From Pseudovirgaria hyperparasitica (taxonomy: Eukaryota): a DNA stretch of 64,000 nt. Shown piece after piece: positions 23,028 to 34,179 of this stretch. The DNA is taken from NCBI GenBank assembly GCA_010093815.1, contig ML996583.1. One strand, given 5' to 3'. The position numbers and the translations under genes are program-made. The notes beneath the pieces were generated by a model. It was not told where the DNA came from and did not search any database. It saw only the letters and a list, made by a program, of their open reading frames with translations. Position 1 is the first letter of the stretch, and each line of letters opens with the position of its first letter.

Positions 23028-24840
23028 ATGCCGGTCCCCAACTACCTCGCTCTCGGAGCAGTTCTTTTGCTGGTAACACTTTATTTGTTGTGTCTACCGC
23101 GACCGATACCCGGGATACCCTTTCGAAAGAATGCCAGCAGATCGATACTAGGAGATATGCCTGCCATGGCGAAACATTCTAGAGAGACCGGGCAGGTCTG
23201 GGATTGGATCGTATCTCAGACAGTGTCATTGAATTTGCCCATTGTTCAGGTGTTTGCGAGACCGCTGGCCAAGCCTTGGGTCATTCTATCAGACTTCCGA
23301 GAAAGTCAAGACATTCTGATGCGAAGAACGAGGGAGTTTGATCGCAGCACGCACGCTGGAGAGATATTCCAGGGACTTCTACCAGATCACCACAATTCCA
23401 TGCTCTCAACTGCTCCGCAATTCAAAACCCATCGGAAGTTGATCCAAGACCTCATGACAACGGCCTTTCTAAACGAGGTACCCCAATAGAATATCCACCG
23501 TTATGGGCGCTAAATGATAATCAGGTCGCTGCGCCTCGCATTTATGGAGCCTTCGCCGCTTTATGCGATCTTTGGGTCCATAAAGTGCGATTGAGTGAGG
23601 GACATCCGTTCTCGGCATATCACGATGTTGAGAGAGCAACTCTCGACGCGATTTGGATGGCGGTTTTCCCATTGGCCCAGCAGGATGGACTGAATGCTCG
23701 TCAGCAACAACTTCTCTCCACGATACCGGACATGAATACATCCATGTGTGCTTCAAAAGATGATCCTGTGGAATTCCCGGAATCGCCAATGCCGCATGCA
23801 CAGCAGTCGATTCTTACCCTTACCCAAAGTCTCGAGATAAGTATGAAGTCGCCATTTCCGAGATTGGCTCATTGGTTTCTTCGCCGAAGGTCGTACATGC
23901 GCGAAGCACGAACGTACAAGGAGAATATGATAGTTCGCGAACTAGAGAAAGCAAAGTTGCGGTTCACTGGTGGGCTAGATGGCGGCCAGGAGACAAGATG
24001 CGCCATGGACTTTGTTCTCCGCCGAGAGTTGATGTCAGCTGCTAAGGAGGATCGAGCTCCGAAGCATGACACCCGGATGCTGTTTGACGAGGTATTATAC
24101 AGGTCTTTAGCCCATTTCCACGAGCCTGAACTAAAATTAATCGCAGTTGTTTGGTTTACTAGTGGCTGGACACGATACGACCTCGTCTACTACCTCGTGG
24201 GCTTTGAAGCTCTTGACAGATAACCCCTCAGTTCAGAGGAATCTAAGGAGCGCGATGAGAGCTGGGTTTCCAGAGGCCAACGCCGGGCAGAGATGGCCAA
24301 CAGTGCTAGAGATTGTCAAAGCGCGCATCCCATATCTTGATGCTTCGCAGGAGGAAATATTTCGGCGGTCGATCGTTCAACCTTTCGTGGCGCGCCAGGC
24401 TGCGGTGAATACCGTCGTACTGGGACATCGCGTGCCCAAAGGTACTAACATCTTCATAATGGCGAATGGCCCCGACATTGTGTCACCATCGGTTGGATAT
24501 CCCGGAAGAAAAAAGACATGAAAGCAGTAGAATAGCGAAGGGACGCACGGGCTCCTGGAATTCTTCTGATATCCATCTGTTCCAACCTGAAAGATGGCTG
24601 AGACAAGAAGCCAACGAGGTAGTATTCGACCAGAATGCAGGACCCATGCTAAGTTTTGGGCTCGGTCCAAGAGCGTGCTTTGCGAGGAGAATGGCATACC
24701 TAGAGATGAAGATAGCGCTGGTACTCCTTGTCTGGAACTTCGAGTTTCAAACCGTCCCAACGACTCTGAGTTCATATGAAGCGGTAGACAAGCTGACTCA
24801 TCAGCCGGTTCAGTGCTACATAAGACTTCGGAAACTTTAG
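23028..24840 (+). pseudogene. Cytochrome P450, frameshifted upstream of the haem-binding motif
   Basis: Membrane anchor + LPRPIPGIP; introns 23478-23524 and 24092-24146; AGHDTT (I helix), EIFR (ExxR), PERW, FGLGPRACF; one extra G at 24491-24492 shifts the frame. Confidence 0.85.
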
Positions 24841-27331
24841 ATATGCAAGGGAGGGAAGGCTAGCGGAGTGCACCGGGTGCGGAGATTAAGACGTAACGCT
24901 AACGCGACATCAACCAAGAAGGCATATGCTCAGGGGAAGTTCTGGCCATAACCTGAGTGAGAACGGTTCAAGTTATATATATCTGAGAGAAGGCAAGGGA
25001 CATTGAAGGTATGCACGCCGAACTGACATTCCGAACGCGGTAGATGTTGTTGCCTGTTGACTGCGTCCAAGACTACTGTCTTAGCCCATTATATATATCT
25101 TAGATATGTATACACAGTGACAGCAAAGCCTGGTCTTAGCACAGCTTCATACTTGGTTGTGTATACGTTGTAAGGCGCACTGTGCAGGTGCAGCTGCCCT
25201 ACAGGTGAAACACCACCTCGTGGCTACGATAATTTCACTGTTTGGAACGAATCACCAGGCAGCAGAAACCTTGTCTTGGTCTTTCATCGGTGTATAGATC
25301 GTAAGTCTATGGTGACTATTCTGTTGTAGTCTTCCTTACATGTCCAGATCCCAAACTACCAAACCAGTACCCCTTTACCTTTTACAACAAACTAAGTATA
25401 CTCCATTTCTTCCTTTATCGTCGGTCAACATATAACTATAGTAGGTGCGGTAATGAAACTATGATCATAACCACGACAGAAGGCCACGACAGCCAGGAAT
25501 CCTGACATCGATTCGTGGACTGTTTGGGCGCAGAATCTCCTTATATAAGTAATGCATCCAGTGAGTGACTATAAAGCTAGATTAAGAGCTTCTGTAAAGG
25601 AAGCTTGTCATATTATTGCGCAGAAATGGCGAGAGATCCTTCGCACCATCCTACTGTACCTGCTATGAGGAGACGGTCCCCAGACTATAGTGAACGGCAT
25701 AACCTATGACAATAAGTCTGTCACCATTGTCCATCATGATATTTTTTAGGATTGCGGTCGCTGTGAGCTAGTCCGATAGAAATAAGGTGATTCACCACTC
25801 CATTCATCGCATTGAAGAATATATCGTAATCAACTTTCCATCTGTGAAATCAGGCTTCCAGCTCAAGCATGAAAGGATATCTAACCCGCAAGACAATCCT
25901 ACACCTTTTTGTAATGGCGCTATGACAGTGTATGATGCTCGGTGCGTATCATGCTACCAGACTTTCATTATTCCAGCTCCGGCAAGGAGTGATTCTCGTA
26001 ATATTTCTGTACCGATAAGCTCGTATGGCATGTTTTGGGTCTGCGACAAAGATGCTGCTTCGGATCGAAGTCGAAGTAGTTGTAAGCAACCCACACGAGC
26101 AAATGCCCTTAACGATAATCCTTCAATTCTGGCGACCGCACCTGAATACCGGCCTAGCCGGCTCTGCGAAGCCAAATACGCAGTTAGCCATAGCGAAGTA
26201 AAGCGGTAGCTTTTATTTACCGCCTAATTATGATGCGAGCACACTCTTATCTCTGTAAATGTTTTCACTGTTTCGACGAAAACATATCTGCCTAAGATTA
26301 AGCAAGCTATCATGTTTGCTGCCTTGCAGCATGACGATCATTTAATCGATCTCGCTATATCTAAATGTCATCAGGTTGCGTCGAATCTATTATTAGTTCT
26401 GGCTGTTCCCGCCATGCTACGCGGTGCAAACTATACTAGATAGCAGTTAAGTGGACTCATATATTGACAGCGAACGTGAGGAGACTCCAGCTATACAAGA
26501 TCGGTTGGCTTCGAGGTATTGTCGACCTCATCGAGAATAAATACCAGAAGAAGACGAAGCTCTCAAGAAGTGGACCGGCCTACCGAACCTATCAAGTGTA
26601 TTAGGAATACTGCCTGCAACAGTTGATCCACCGTGCCTCTCTTGACGCTACTGGCTCGCACAAACGTATATTAAGCGTCTACGACCTATTTTGGCTCCCC
26701 TTAGACGTGCTATATACGATGGATACCTCATATCTGTTCATTTACTGCCCTATTACCTACTCTTTGTGTGGCCTGCGATGATAGATAAAGCTCTAAGCTT
26801 TGCTGAGCCATAAGTTAAAGCTCGATGTTACACAGCAGGAGGTCAAACAAAACACATTCGTGGTGTGGTATCGCAGCTTGCCTACCTGATGGTATGTCGA
26901 GCTTTTCCTGTAGGTCATCAGTGCATCTCCGGTCTTGGTTGGCTGATCAAGGTTGACAACTTCCAGTCGCAGCGCCTTACTTGAGTTAGCGTTTGGAGGT
27001 GCTGTTCATTTCTCACAGTTCCCTTTTTTCTACAGTGCGTTGTAGGATCGGCTTCCACTCTCCATACGACCATCTGATAACATTTCTTGCGTCGTGAGTC
27101 TACTTGCTATTCCGCTAGCCTCATACGGTCCAGCGTTGCTATGGCGGCCACGTCCATCATGTAAAACACATTCAGTCAGCCATTTACATTTCATTACATG
27201 CACTTGTGAAGCGGATCCGAAATCATTCGAAAGAAAACCCATCCGATAAGAGTGCTTTGCAAGTAATAAATATCTGCTCTATAAGCCTTCTTGTCCATTT
27301 CCGTAAGTCCCTAGTTTTACGAGGATCTTGA

Positions 27332-30300
27332 TCATCTAAGCCCTGGATGCCGAATGAACATACCATTTGTGTCCGGCGGCAATAGTGGTCTCCACTTAAG
27401 CGCGGCTAAACGCTGCTTGAGATCTATATAGTCCCCAGACGAGGCTACAACACACGTGTACCTAGACAATGTACGTTCGTACATTGCTTTCGCCTTCTCC
27501 GGTCTATATTTTAATAGAAGATCCCCGAAGTTTTGTAAAGTTTTATTAGCCGCTCGATAAGTATCGACGTGGTCGATGTTGATCACATCATCATACCCTT
27601 CCAGCGCTCGTACGTACATCTTCTCCGCTAGCTTTAGCTTTCCTTGGTCTGCATAGAGGCGGCCTAGGTTGTTAACCACGGAGAGTGTCGACGCGTGCTT
27701 CGGTCCAAGTGCCTCCTCGTACCCTTGCAGCGCTCGCGTGTATAAGGTCTCTGCCGCGTCTAGCTTGCCTTGACTAGCGTAGAGGCGACCCAAGTTGTTG
27801 TATGTATTAAGTGTCGACGCGTGCTTCGGTCCTAGAACCTTCACCTTCTCAAGCAATGACTGCTTGTACATTGCTTCTGCCTCGCCAAAGTTGCCCTGGT
27901 CCTTAAGCATGCTCGCGAGGTTGTTTTTCGCTGAACTCGTGTCGGGATGCTCGTGGCCAATAATCCTTTGTCTCCTCTCTAACACATCTCTTTGCATTTC
28001 TATTGCTTTGCTGAGCTCACCCTGATCTTTGTATGAGCTTGCGAGATTGTTCATCGCTGAGATCGTGTGGGGGTGATTGTTACCAAGACTACGTATCCTT
28101 CGGTCCACCACATGAATTCGAATGGCTGTAGATTCTTCGAATTTACCTTGGTCTCTATAGAAACTAGCAAGGTTGTTTAAAGCCGTTATCATATATGGGT
28201 GATCGTTTCCATACAAGCTTTTCGTCTTTGCTAGGACTTCAATTTGCAGCTCCACTGCCGAGGAATACCGGGCTTGTTTCCAGAATATCGTTGCAAGGTT
28301 CGCCATGCTTGTCAACGTAGAGGGATGTTGATCACCAAGTGTCCTCTGTTGTGCTGCCAACACACAGACTGCGATATTCTCCGCCTCAATCCAGCGTCCT
28401 TGATTCCAAAGTGTTGTGGCGAAGTTTGAAACACAGCTTAAAGTGTCAGGATGGGTTTCGCCAAGTGTCCGCTTCCTTATCTCTATTACCTGTACTTCTA
28501 GCCGCCCAGCTTCCGTCCATCGTCCTTGGCTTCGGTATGTGGACGCCAGGTTGGCTTTGATAGTCAGAGTGTCCGGATGCTTCTTACCTAGTGTTCGCTC
28601 CCTTATTCTCATCACCTGAACCTCTAGCTGCTCTGCCTCGTTCCATCGTCCCTGGTCCCAGTATGTGGACGCGAGGTTGGTGGTGAAAGCTAGCGTGTCC
28701 GGATGCTCATCGCCCAGCACTCGCTTACTCGTCTCCACCACCTGTACCTCTAGCTGCTCTGCTTCGGCCCATCGTCCTTGGCTTCGGTACGTGGACGCGA
28801 GGTTGGTCATGATAGACAACGTGTCCGGATGCTCATCGCCCAGCACTCGCTTACTCGTCTCCACCACCTGTACCTCTAGCTGCTCTGCTTCGACCCATCG
28901 CCCTTGGCTTCGGTACGTGGACGCGAGGTTGGTCATGATAGACAACGTGTCCGGATGCTCATCGCCCAGCACTCGCTTACTCGTCTCCACCACCTGTATC
29001 TCTAGCTGCTCTGCTTCGACCCATCGCCGTTGGCTTCGGTACGTGGACGCCAGGTCGGCTTTAACAGTCAAAGTGACCGGATGCTCATCACCAAGCGTTC
29101 TCTGTTGCTCGTCCAGGACCTCGTTGAAAGAGTCTTCAGCCTCATTATACCTACCGTCGTTGAGAAGACACAGACCAACATTTCTAGCTAGTTTCGCTCG
29201 ATAGTCGTTATTATCGATCACGAGCCGCTGCCTGAGTGTGTACATTGCGCTCGATAGATACGGCCTCCATATATCCCTTTTGTTGTGATTGATACTTGGA
29301 AATTGATCTGCCAAATGGGCTATAGTTTTCTCAGTCCATGTGCGTAGAAGGTCGTGCTTGGACAGCCAGTTCCTTGTGGCTAGGTGTACCAAAGGATGCA
29401 CATCGAGCGATTGATTCATATTTCTCCATGCCACAAAGGAGTAGGCATGTAGTATCCCAATAGCGTCAAGATGCTGTTTTCGCGAAGCGCCGCATGGGAG
29501 TAACGTCAGCGGAATGTCTTTCGGTTCGATGCAGGCCATAAAGGATAAGTAGTCTGCAGCGGTAGGATTATCTCTCCTGATGTGCTCGAAAGAAATGAGC
29601 CAGGTAGTAGCTATCGTGTTGTGGGTGCCTGGATACCTTCCCTCGTCATCGAAACCTTCACTGAGCAATGCCATTGTAGTTTCGTCCTGCTCTTTAAAGA
29701 GTTTTAGATAGGCGGCAATCGTGATGCCATTGGTGTTGATATACGCCGACGCCTGGACGATAGCAAGCGGAAGGTTGGCTAACGCTTCTAATAGAGTCTC
29801 TTCGATAGCGAAGTCAGAGGTGAGCTGTGGTTCGGCGAGACGCATCCTTAGGAGTCGCAGAGATACTTGTGGCTGAAGTTCTCCTATTTTGATGACATTC
29901 TGTTGCGATAGCTTCACAGCTACCTTCCTGTTTCTCGTCGTGAAAAGAATGCTGCCTTTGGGATTGCTCGGCAAGTGATGTACCAATCGATCCTCTGTCC
30001 CCTTAGTCTGGTGAAAGGCCCACATATGCATGTCGTCAATATTATCGAGCACGAGCAACCACGGATTCGTACTCTCCTGGTTCAGGTTGGCGTGCACCAG
30101 ACGTATGACGTCCGCACTTTTCTCATCTCGACCAGGGATGTCAAGCTTCTCTGCGATCGCTCGGTATGACTGTAGAAGACTCTCTGAATCGGTCGCATCC
30201 GTCCAGAAGACTGAGAAATCTTTGCGTTCATCCATCATCCGATAAGCAAACTCCACAGCTATCTGTGTCTTGCCTATACCGCCAAGCCCGACGACCGCAA

Positions 30301-31224
30301 TCTGTGAGGTATGGCTGCGCTTGGACAGTAGTGATTGCAGCCTCAAAATTTCTTCTTCTCTTCCAACGAAATGCGGATTGCGTTCGAACGGCATGACGGA
30401 CACAGCACAAGTTCCTAAAGCTTGTCAACTTGAAGAAAGCAATTTGTATCGCAAAAGCCGGTCTTACCATCGTGTTGCGGCCACATGCCTAATCTAGCAA
30501 TACCCTTCTCAAGACGGTGGAATGCGCTTTCTTCGCCCTCTCCGTATATGAGCGGCATGTAGACATTACAGATACCAAGCATAGAGTACGCTTTATCCTC
30601 CGGTAGAGTGGTCTGCCGGTCCCTAATCCAGCTTAAGCGCTCTCCAAAACTAAAGCTATCCAGATTCCCTGAGCGGAGAGCTTCTGGATCTATACCAGTC
30701 GCGGTATAGATAGTCGGTAGAAGCGACGCTTTATCGCCTAACCTAATACCCTTCCGGGAAAAGAACTCAATCCGACGAGGTGCGAGCAGCTCTTGGACCG
30801 TCCACCCGCGACTGAACCAGCGGCTATTTCTGAACTGTGTATTCCATGCAGTATGCGAAGAGTGTGCCTTCGGAGTATCAACATCAACATCTGTGAGGTA
30901 GACATAGCATCGCTCTGCCTGCTGATACCAGCGATACATGGAGTTGATGCTCTCGGTAAGCTCGTTGACATTGAATTTGTCTATGCAACATGTATCGATC
31001 CAGAAATATTGGAGACCGTCATTTCTCGCCTGGTTGCTGCAGAACCGAAGCTTTTCCATACCTTCTTTAGCCGTCCCAAGACCCCTGGACACATCGTTGT
31101 AGGTAACTTCCTCATCACTCTCGTGAGCCCAGGTGTGCGAAAGGATTGCGTAGGCAGGCGTGTCGGTTCCAGAAAACGAGGTGAGCTTGACACTACCATC
31201 GTCGGAAAGCTTCAGAAGTCGCAT
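27332..31224 (-). CDS. Fungal NLR: HET effector domain - NB-ARC - TPR repeats (about 1279 aa)
   Basis: MRLL…YAILSHTW…YFWIDTCCIDK…WFSRGWTVQELLAP (HET); intron 30415-30467 splices in frame (QHD-G-TCAVSVMPFERN); GLGGIGKT P-loop, LLVLDNID, LPLAIVQA, DVHPLVH; array of 42-aa TPRs (LGDEHPDTL). Confidence 0.93.
28539..29100 (-). repeat. 126-bp tandem repeats encoding near-identical TPR units
   Basis: GTGGACGC[G/C]AGGT recurs at 28539, 28665, 28791, 28917 and 29043 (period 126); the central units differ at only a few bases. Confidence 0.95.
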
Positions 31225-31692
31225 TTTCAGTTCTAAAAGATTGAGTTATAGTCTTGCTGAACAATCTAGGTAAAGGTTATGCTGCATGACAATAGAGTTC
31301 ACTGCAGATTGTAGAGTAGAGCGGGACTTGAATGAGTTCTGGCGCGGGTGAGATCATTGAGGTCCAAGCGTCTCAGGACTCCAATAACCAATACTGAAAG
31401 GCATCGGGAATGCGGGGTAGTCACATCCATGTTGCAAAACTGACCTCCAGTGTGTCCTTGTGCAGACTCCAACACGATGGTAATGCGTTTGCCGATTACT
31501 TTGTCAGGGTAGGAGTTTGAATTGCTACTGCAGAATACGATTGCTAGCGGATCGAAGCAGCTTGACGACTGAGCTTCATCAGTCTTGTTGTGTCATGTGT
31601 ATATGTTTGTGATCTTCGTTTGTTTGAAAAGCAGTATGATTGTACTGATGCCTGCTGGCAGGTGTAGTAAATAAGAAGACCTAATCGTACCG

Positions 31693-34107
31693 ATGGAACA
31701 CCTTGGCGAAGGTATTGTACACTGCGTTCCACGCGTACCATATATTGTCCAAGAGGGCGAGCAGTATGACGGGAAGGGTTTCCTTGAATTCCCGGTCCGC
31801 TGCGGATGGAATCTTGGAAAGAACGGAAAATTTAGTGTCCCACCTAAGTCGAAATTCCGCCCTGGCCCTCTAGGATCTTTGGCCGGACTTCTCCAGGCCT
31901 GGCTCTTTTTTGGATTGCTCTCCGAAGTATTAGGGAGCAAACAAGTCGTTGTCCTGCAACATTTCATCACCATAGATGAGCACGGAAAGCAATATCTCAC
32001 CACGGAAAAGCTACCAGGTTACCTGGAACAGTGGAAGAACTCCGTAGATAAGGATACATCACGGAATTTCGCCACATTGATACGAATACACGTCGCCCTC
32101 AAGAAAGCCCATGACCTGGTATCTCGTTTTTGTTCTGTCAAACCTAGGAATGAGAGCTCTACTTGGCCTGTGGACGAGCGAATATCCCTTTCTTTCATGG
32201 TTCTTGGCGAAACCCTTACACACGCCTATAACATGATCGTCAAAGCTACGTCAATCCATTCACATGATATGAACGGGTTCAATCTTGGCAGCTGGGGTGA
32301 GAGCGCAGTCATCAATAGAAGATTCACCGAAGAAGGGTGGTGTCCTTACACCGTCCATACCCTAACAGGCATAATTGGTCAACGGAACAGCGGGTTACTA
32401 CTCGCCCTAAGTGTCTCCCACCCAAAAGCTCTTGCATTAAAACATGACCGTTGCTCGCGCAATGAATGCATTGCACGTAAGTCGGAAAATTTCGGAGGTA
32501 GATGTTTTAAATTAGGAGGCGACTGCACCTGTGAGCACATTGGTCCTAAGGTCGGAGAAGTGCTTGCAGTCCTGAGAAAGGGCAAGATCCCACTCTTGCA
32601 ATATGATAGTGGAAGGCAGGTTCTAGAAGTGGTGGAATACCGAAGCGGTCTCAAGTATTTTATTATTTCGCACGTCTGTACAGATGGATTTGGCAGCGAT
32701 ACCAACTCTATGTCACTTTGTCGCATTAAGTATCTCCTGGGAATTTTTGGGAAAGTGACAACGACGGAATCAGCTTGGTGGTATGACAACATCTCGAGCC
32801 AGCTGCATACACCATACCTCTTCTGGATTGATACCCTGGCAATCCCTTTCGAAAAGGCTCATCGGCTCGAACGACGAGTCGCTATTCGATCGATGGATGA
32901 ATTCTATCAAAACGCTACATGCGCCATCGTTCTCGATGCTGGAATAATGGAGCAGGAAATTGGCCGTACTTTCGCCTCAACCGCTATGAGAATTATGACA
33001 AGTACCTGGATTACTAGACTTTGGACTCTACAAGAAGCTTTCCTAAGTAGACGACTCCTTTTCAAGTTTAAAGATGGGATCATTGGAATTGACGAGCTGG
33101 AACGCATGGACAAAATGACCGTTGTCTCACCGCTCCCCTCTATTGCCCAGTTATACCTTAAATGTTTGCTGGGTCACCAAAAGTCCTTTATTTGGGGAGA
33201 AGATGCTGGAACTATCAACGGCAATCTCATAGGATCGATATGGAAGGCGCTTCAGTCGAGAACGACTACCCATGCGCAACATGAGCCACTCGCTATCGCC
33301 ATTCTATTACGTCTGCCCACTGCTTCGCTAGATGAGTCAATTGACATAGAGCCAGCAACCAGAGTAGGTAATCGAGACAATCATGATCGGATGGTGAAGC
33401 TTCTGAACCTTTGCTCGAATCAGACCTTTCCTGCGGGCATGGCATTCTTGGGTGGGCCAAAAGTTGACGTCCAAGGGTACGGATGGGCCCCACTGTCATG
33501 GATGCAGACACAGGGACGCACCCGTGTAGAGGCAATGAATGCACCGTCATTCGATGCAATGATCACTAGCGAAGGACTGCGGTTCAGAAGTGCCGGGTTC
33601 ATGATTCATCCACTATGCGCTCAGTCAGAAATTTTGCATGGAAGCACCCTAGTTCTGACACTAATCGAAGCTGCTTTCGATAAAATAACGATCGAGGCCA
33701 TCGACACGGTGGGACCTGAGTATTGCTATCCTAGTGATGCAAATCTCGCAATCGTTCTACAGCAGGAAAGGCCAGAAGATGCACAGCAGGTTGCTTTGCT
33801 AGTGATAATCTATAAGACCATGGACAACACCTTGTATTCATCCATTATCAAACGCGTATGGGTCTCGATAGGACAGAGAAACTCTGAGACTGATCAATTA
33901 GATGCTTTTCCAAGCACATCAGATACGATTTACGCTATCCCAACGAAACAAGTCCGGCGCTGGTGCTTAGATGGGCCACGCCGTTTTTTGAGCACGTCAA
34001 AGCACGACAGCTCTAGCAGAGGTGCCTTCGCATGGTCCGACATCCGAAAATGGGCCTGGAAGGAGCCACAGATCTGGGCTGAAGAAGAAGCGCTTGATGG
34101 CGGTTAG
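31693..34107 (+). CDS. Stand-alone HET-domain protein (804 aa, central HET domain)
   Basis: LLQAWLFFGLL, GWCP, HDRCS…C N-terminal motifs; YFIISHVCTDGFG, FWIDTLAIP, AIRSMDEFYQNA…VLD, WITRLWTLQEA, GYGWAPLSW; intronless. Confidence 0.85.
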   Translation: MEHLGEGIVHCVPRVPYIVQEGEQYDGKGFLEFPVRCGWNLGKNGKFSVPPKSKFRPGPLGSLAGLLQAWLFFGLLSEVLGSKQVVVLQHFITIDEHGKQYLTTEKLPGYLEQWKNSVDKDTSRNFATLIRIHVALKKAHDLVSRFCSVKPRNESSTWPVDERISLSFMVLGETLTHAYNMIVKATSIHSHDMNGFNLGSWGESAVINRRFTEEGWCPYTVHTLTGIIGQRNSGLLLALSVSHPKALALKHDRCSRNECIARKSENFGGRCFKLGGDCTCEHIGPKVGEVLAVLRKGKIPLLQYDSGRQVLEVVEYRSGLKYFIISHVCTDGFGSDTNSMSLCRIKYLLGIFGKVTTTESAWWYDNISSQLHTPYLFWIDTLAIPFEKAHRLERRVAIRSMDEFYQNATCAIVLDAGIMEQEIGRTFASTAMRIMTSTWITRLWTLQEAFLSRRLLFKFKDGIIGIDELERMDKMTVVSPLPSIAQLYLKCLLGHQKSFIWGEDAGTINGNLIGSIWKALQSRTTTHAQHEPLAIAILLRLPTASLDESIDIEPATRVGNRDNHDRMVKLLNLCSNQTFPAGMAFLGGPKVDVQGYGWAPLSWMQTQGRTRVEAMNAPSFDAMITSEGLRFRSAGFMIHPLCAQSEILHGSTLVLTLIEAAFDKITIEAIDTVGPEYCYPSDANLAIVLQQERPEDAQQVALLVIIYKTMDNTLYSSIIKRVWVSIGQRNSETDQLDAFPSTSDTIYAIPTKQVRRWCLDGPRRFLSTSKHDSSSRGAFAWSDIRKWAWKEPQIWAEEEALDGG

Positions 34108-34179
34108 TTCTCATTCCCTGCTGCCACGTGTTGGTGTCAGGCACATCATTCTCGCTGAAGTCAGTAATGTGACTGTCAT

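Noticed and set aside
24900..27300. Possible missing backbone gene (PKS/terpene synthase) relic right of the P450
   Set aside because: No KS, AT, adenylation or DDxxD motifs recognisable in the short ORFs.
28539..29100. Regular 126-bp repeats as a possible CRISPR-like array
   Set aside because: No unique spacers; units are in-frame TPR codons in a eukaryotic gene.
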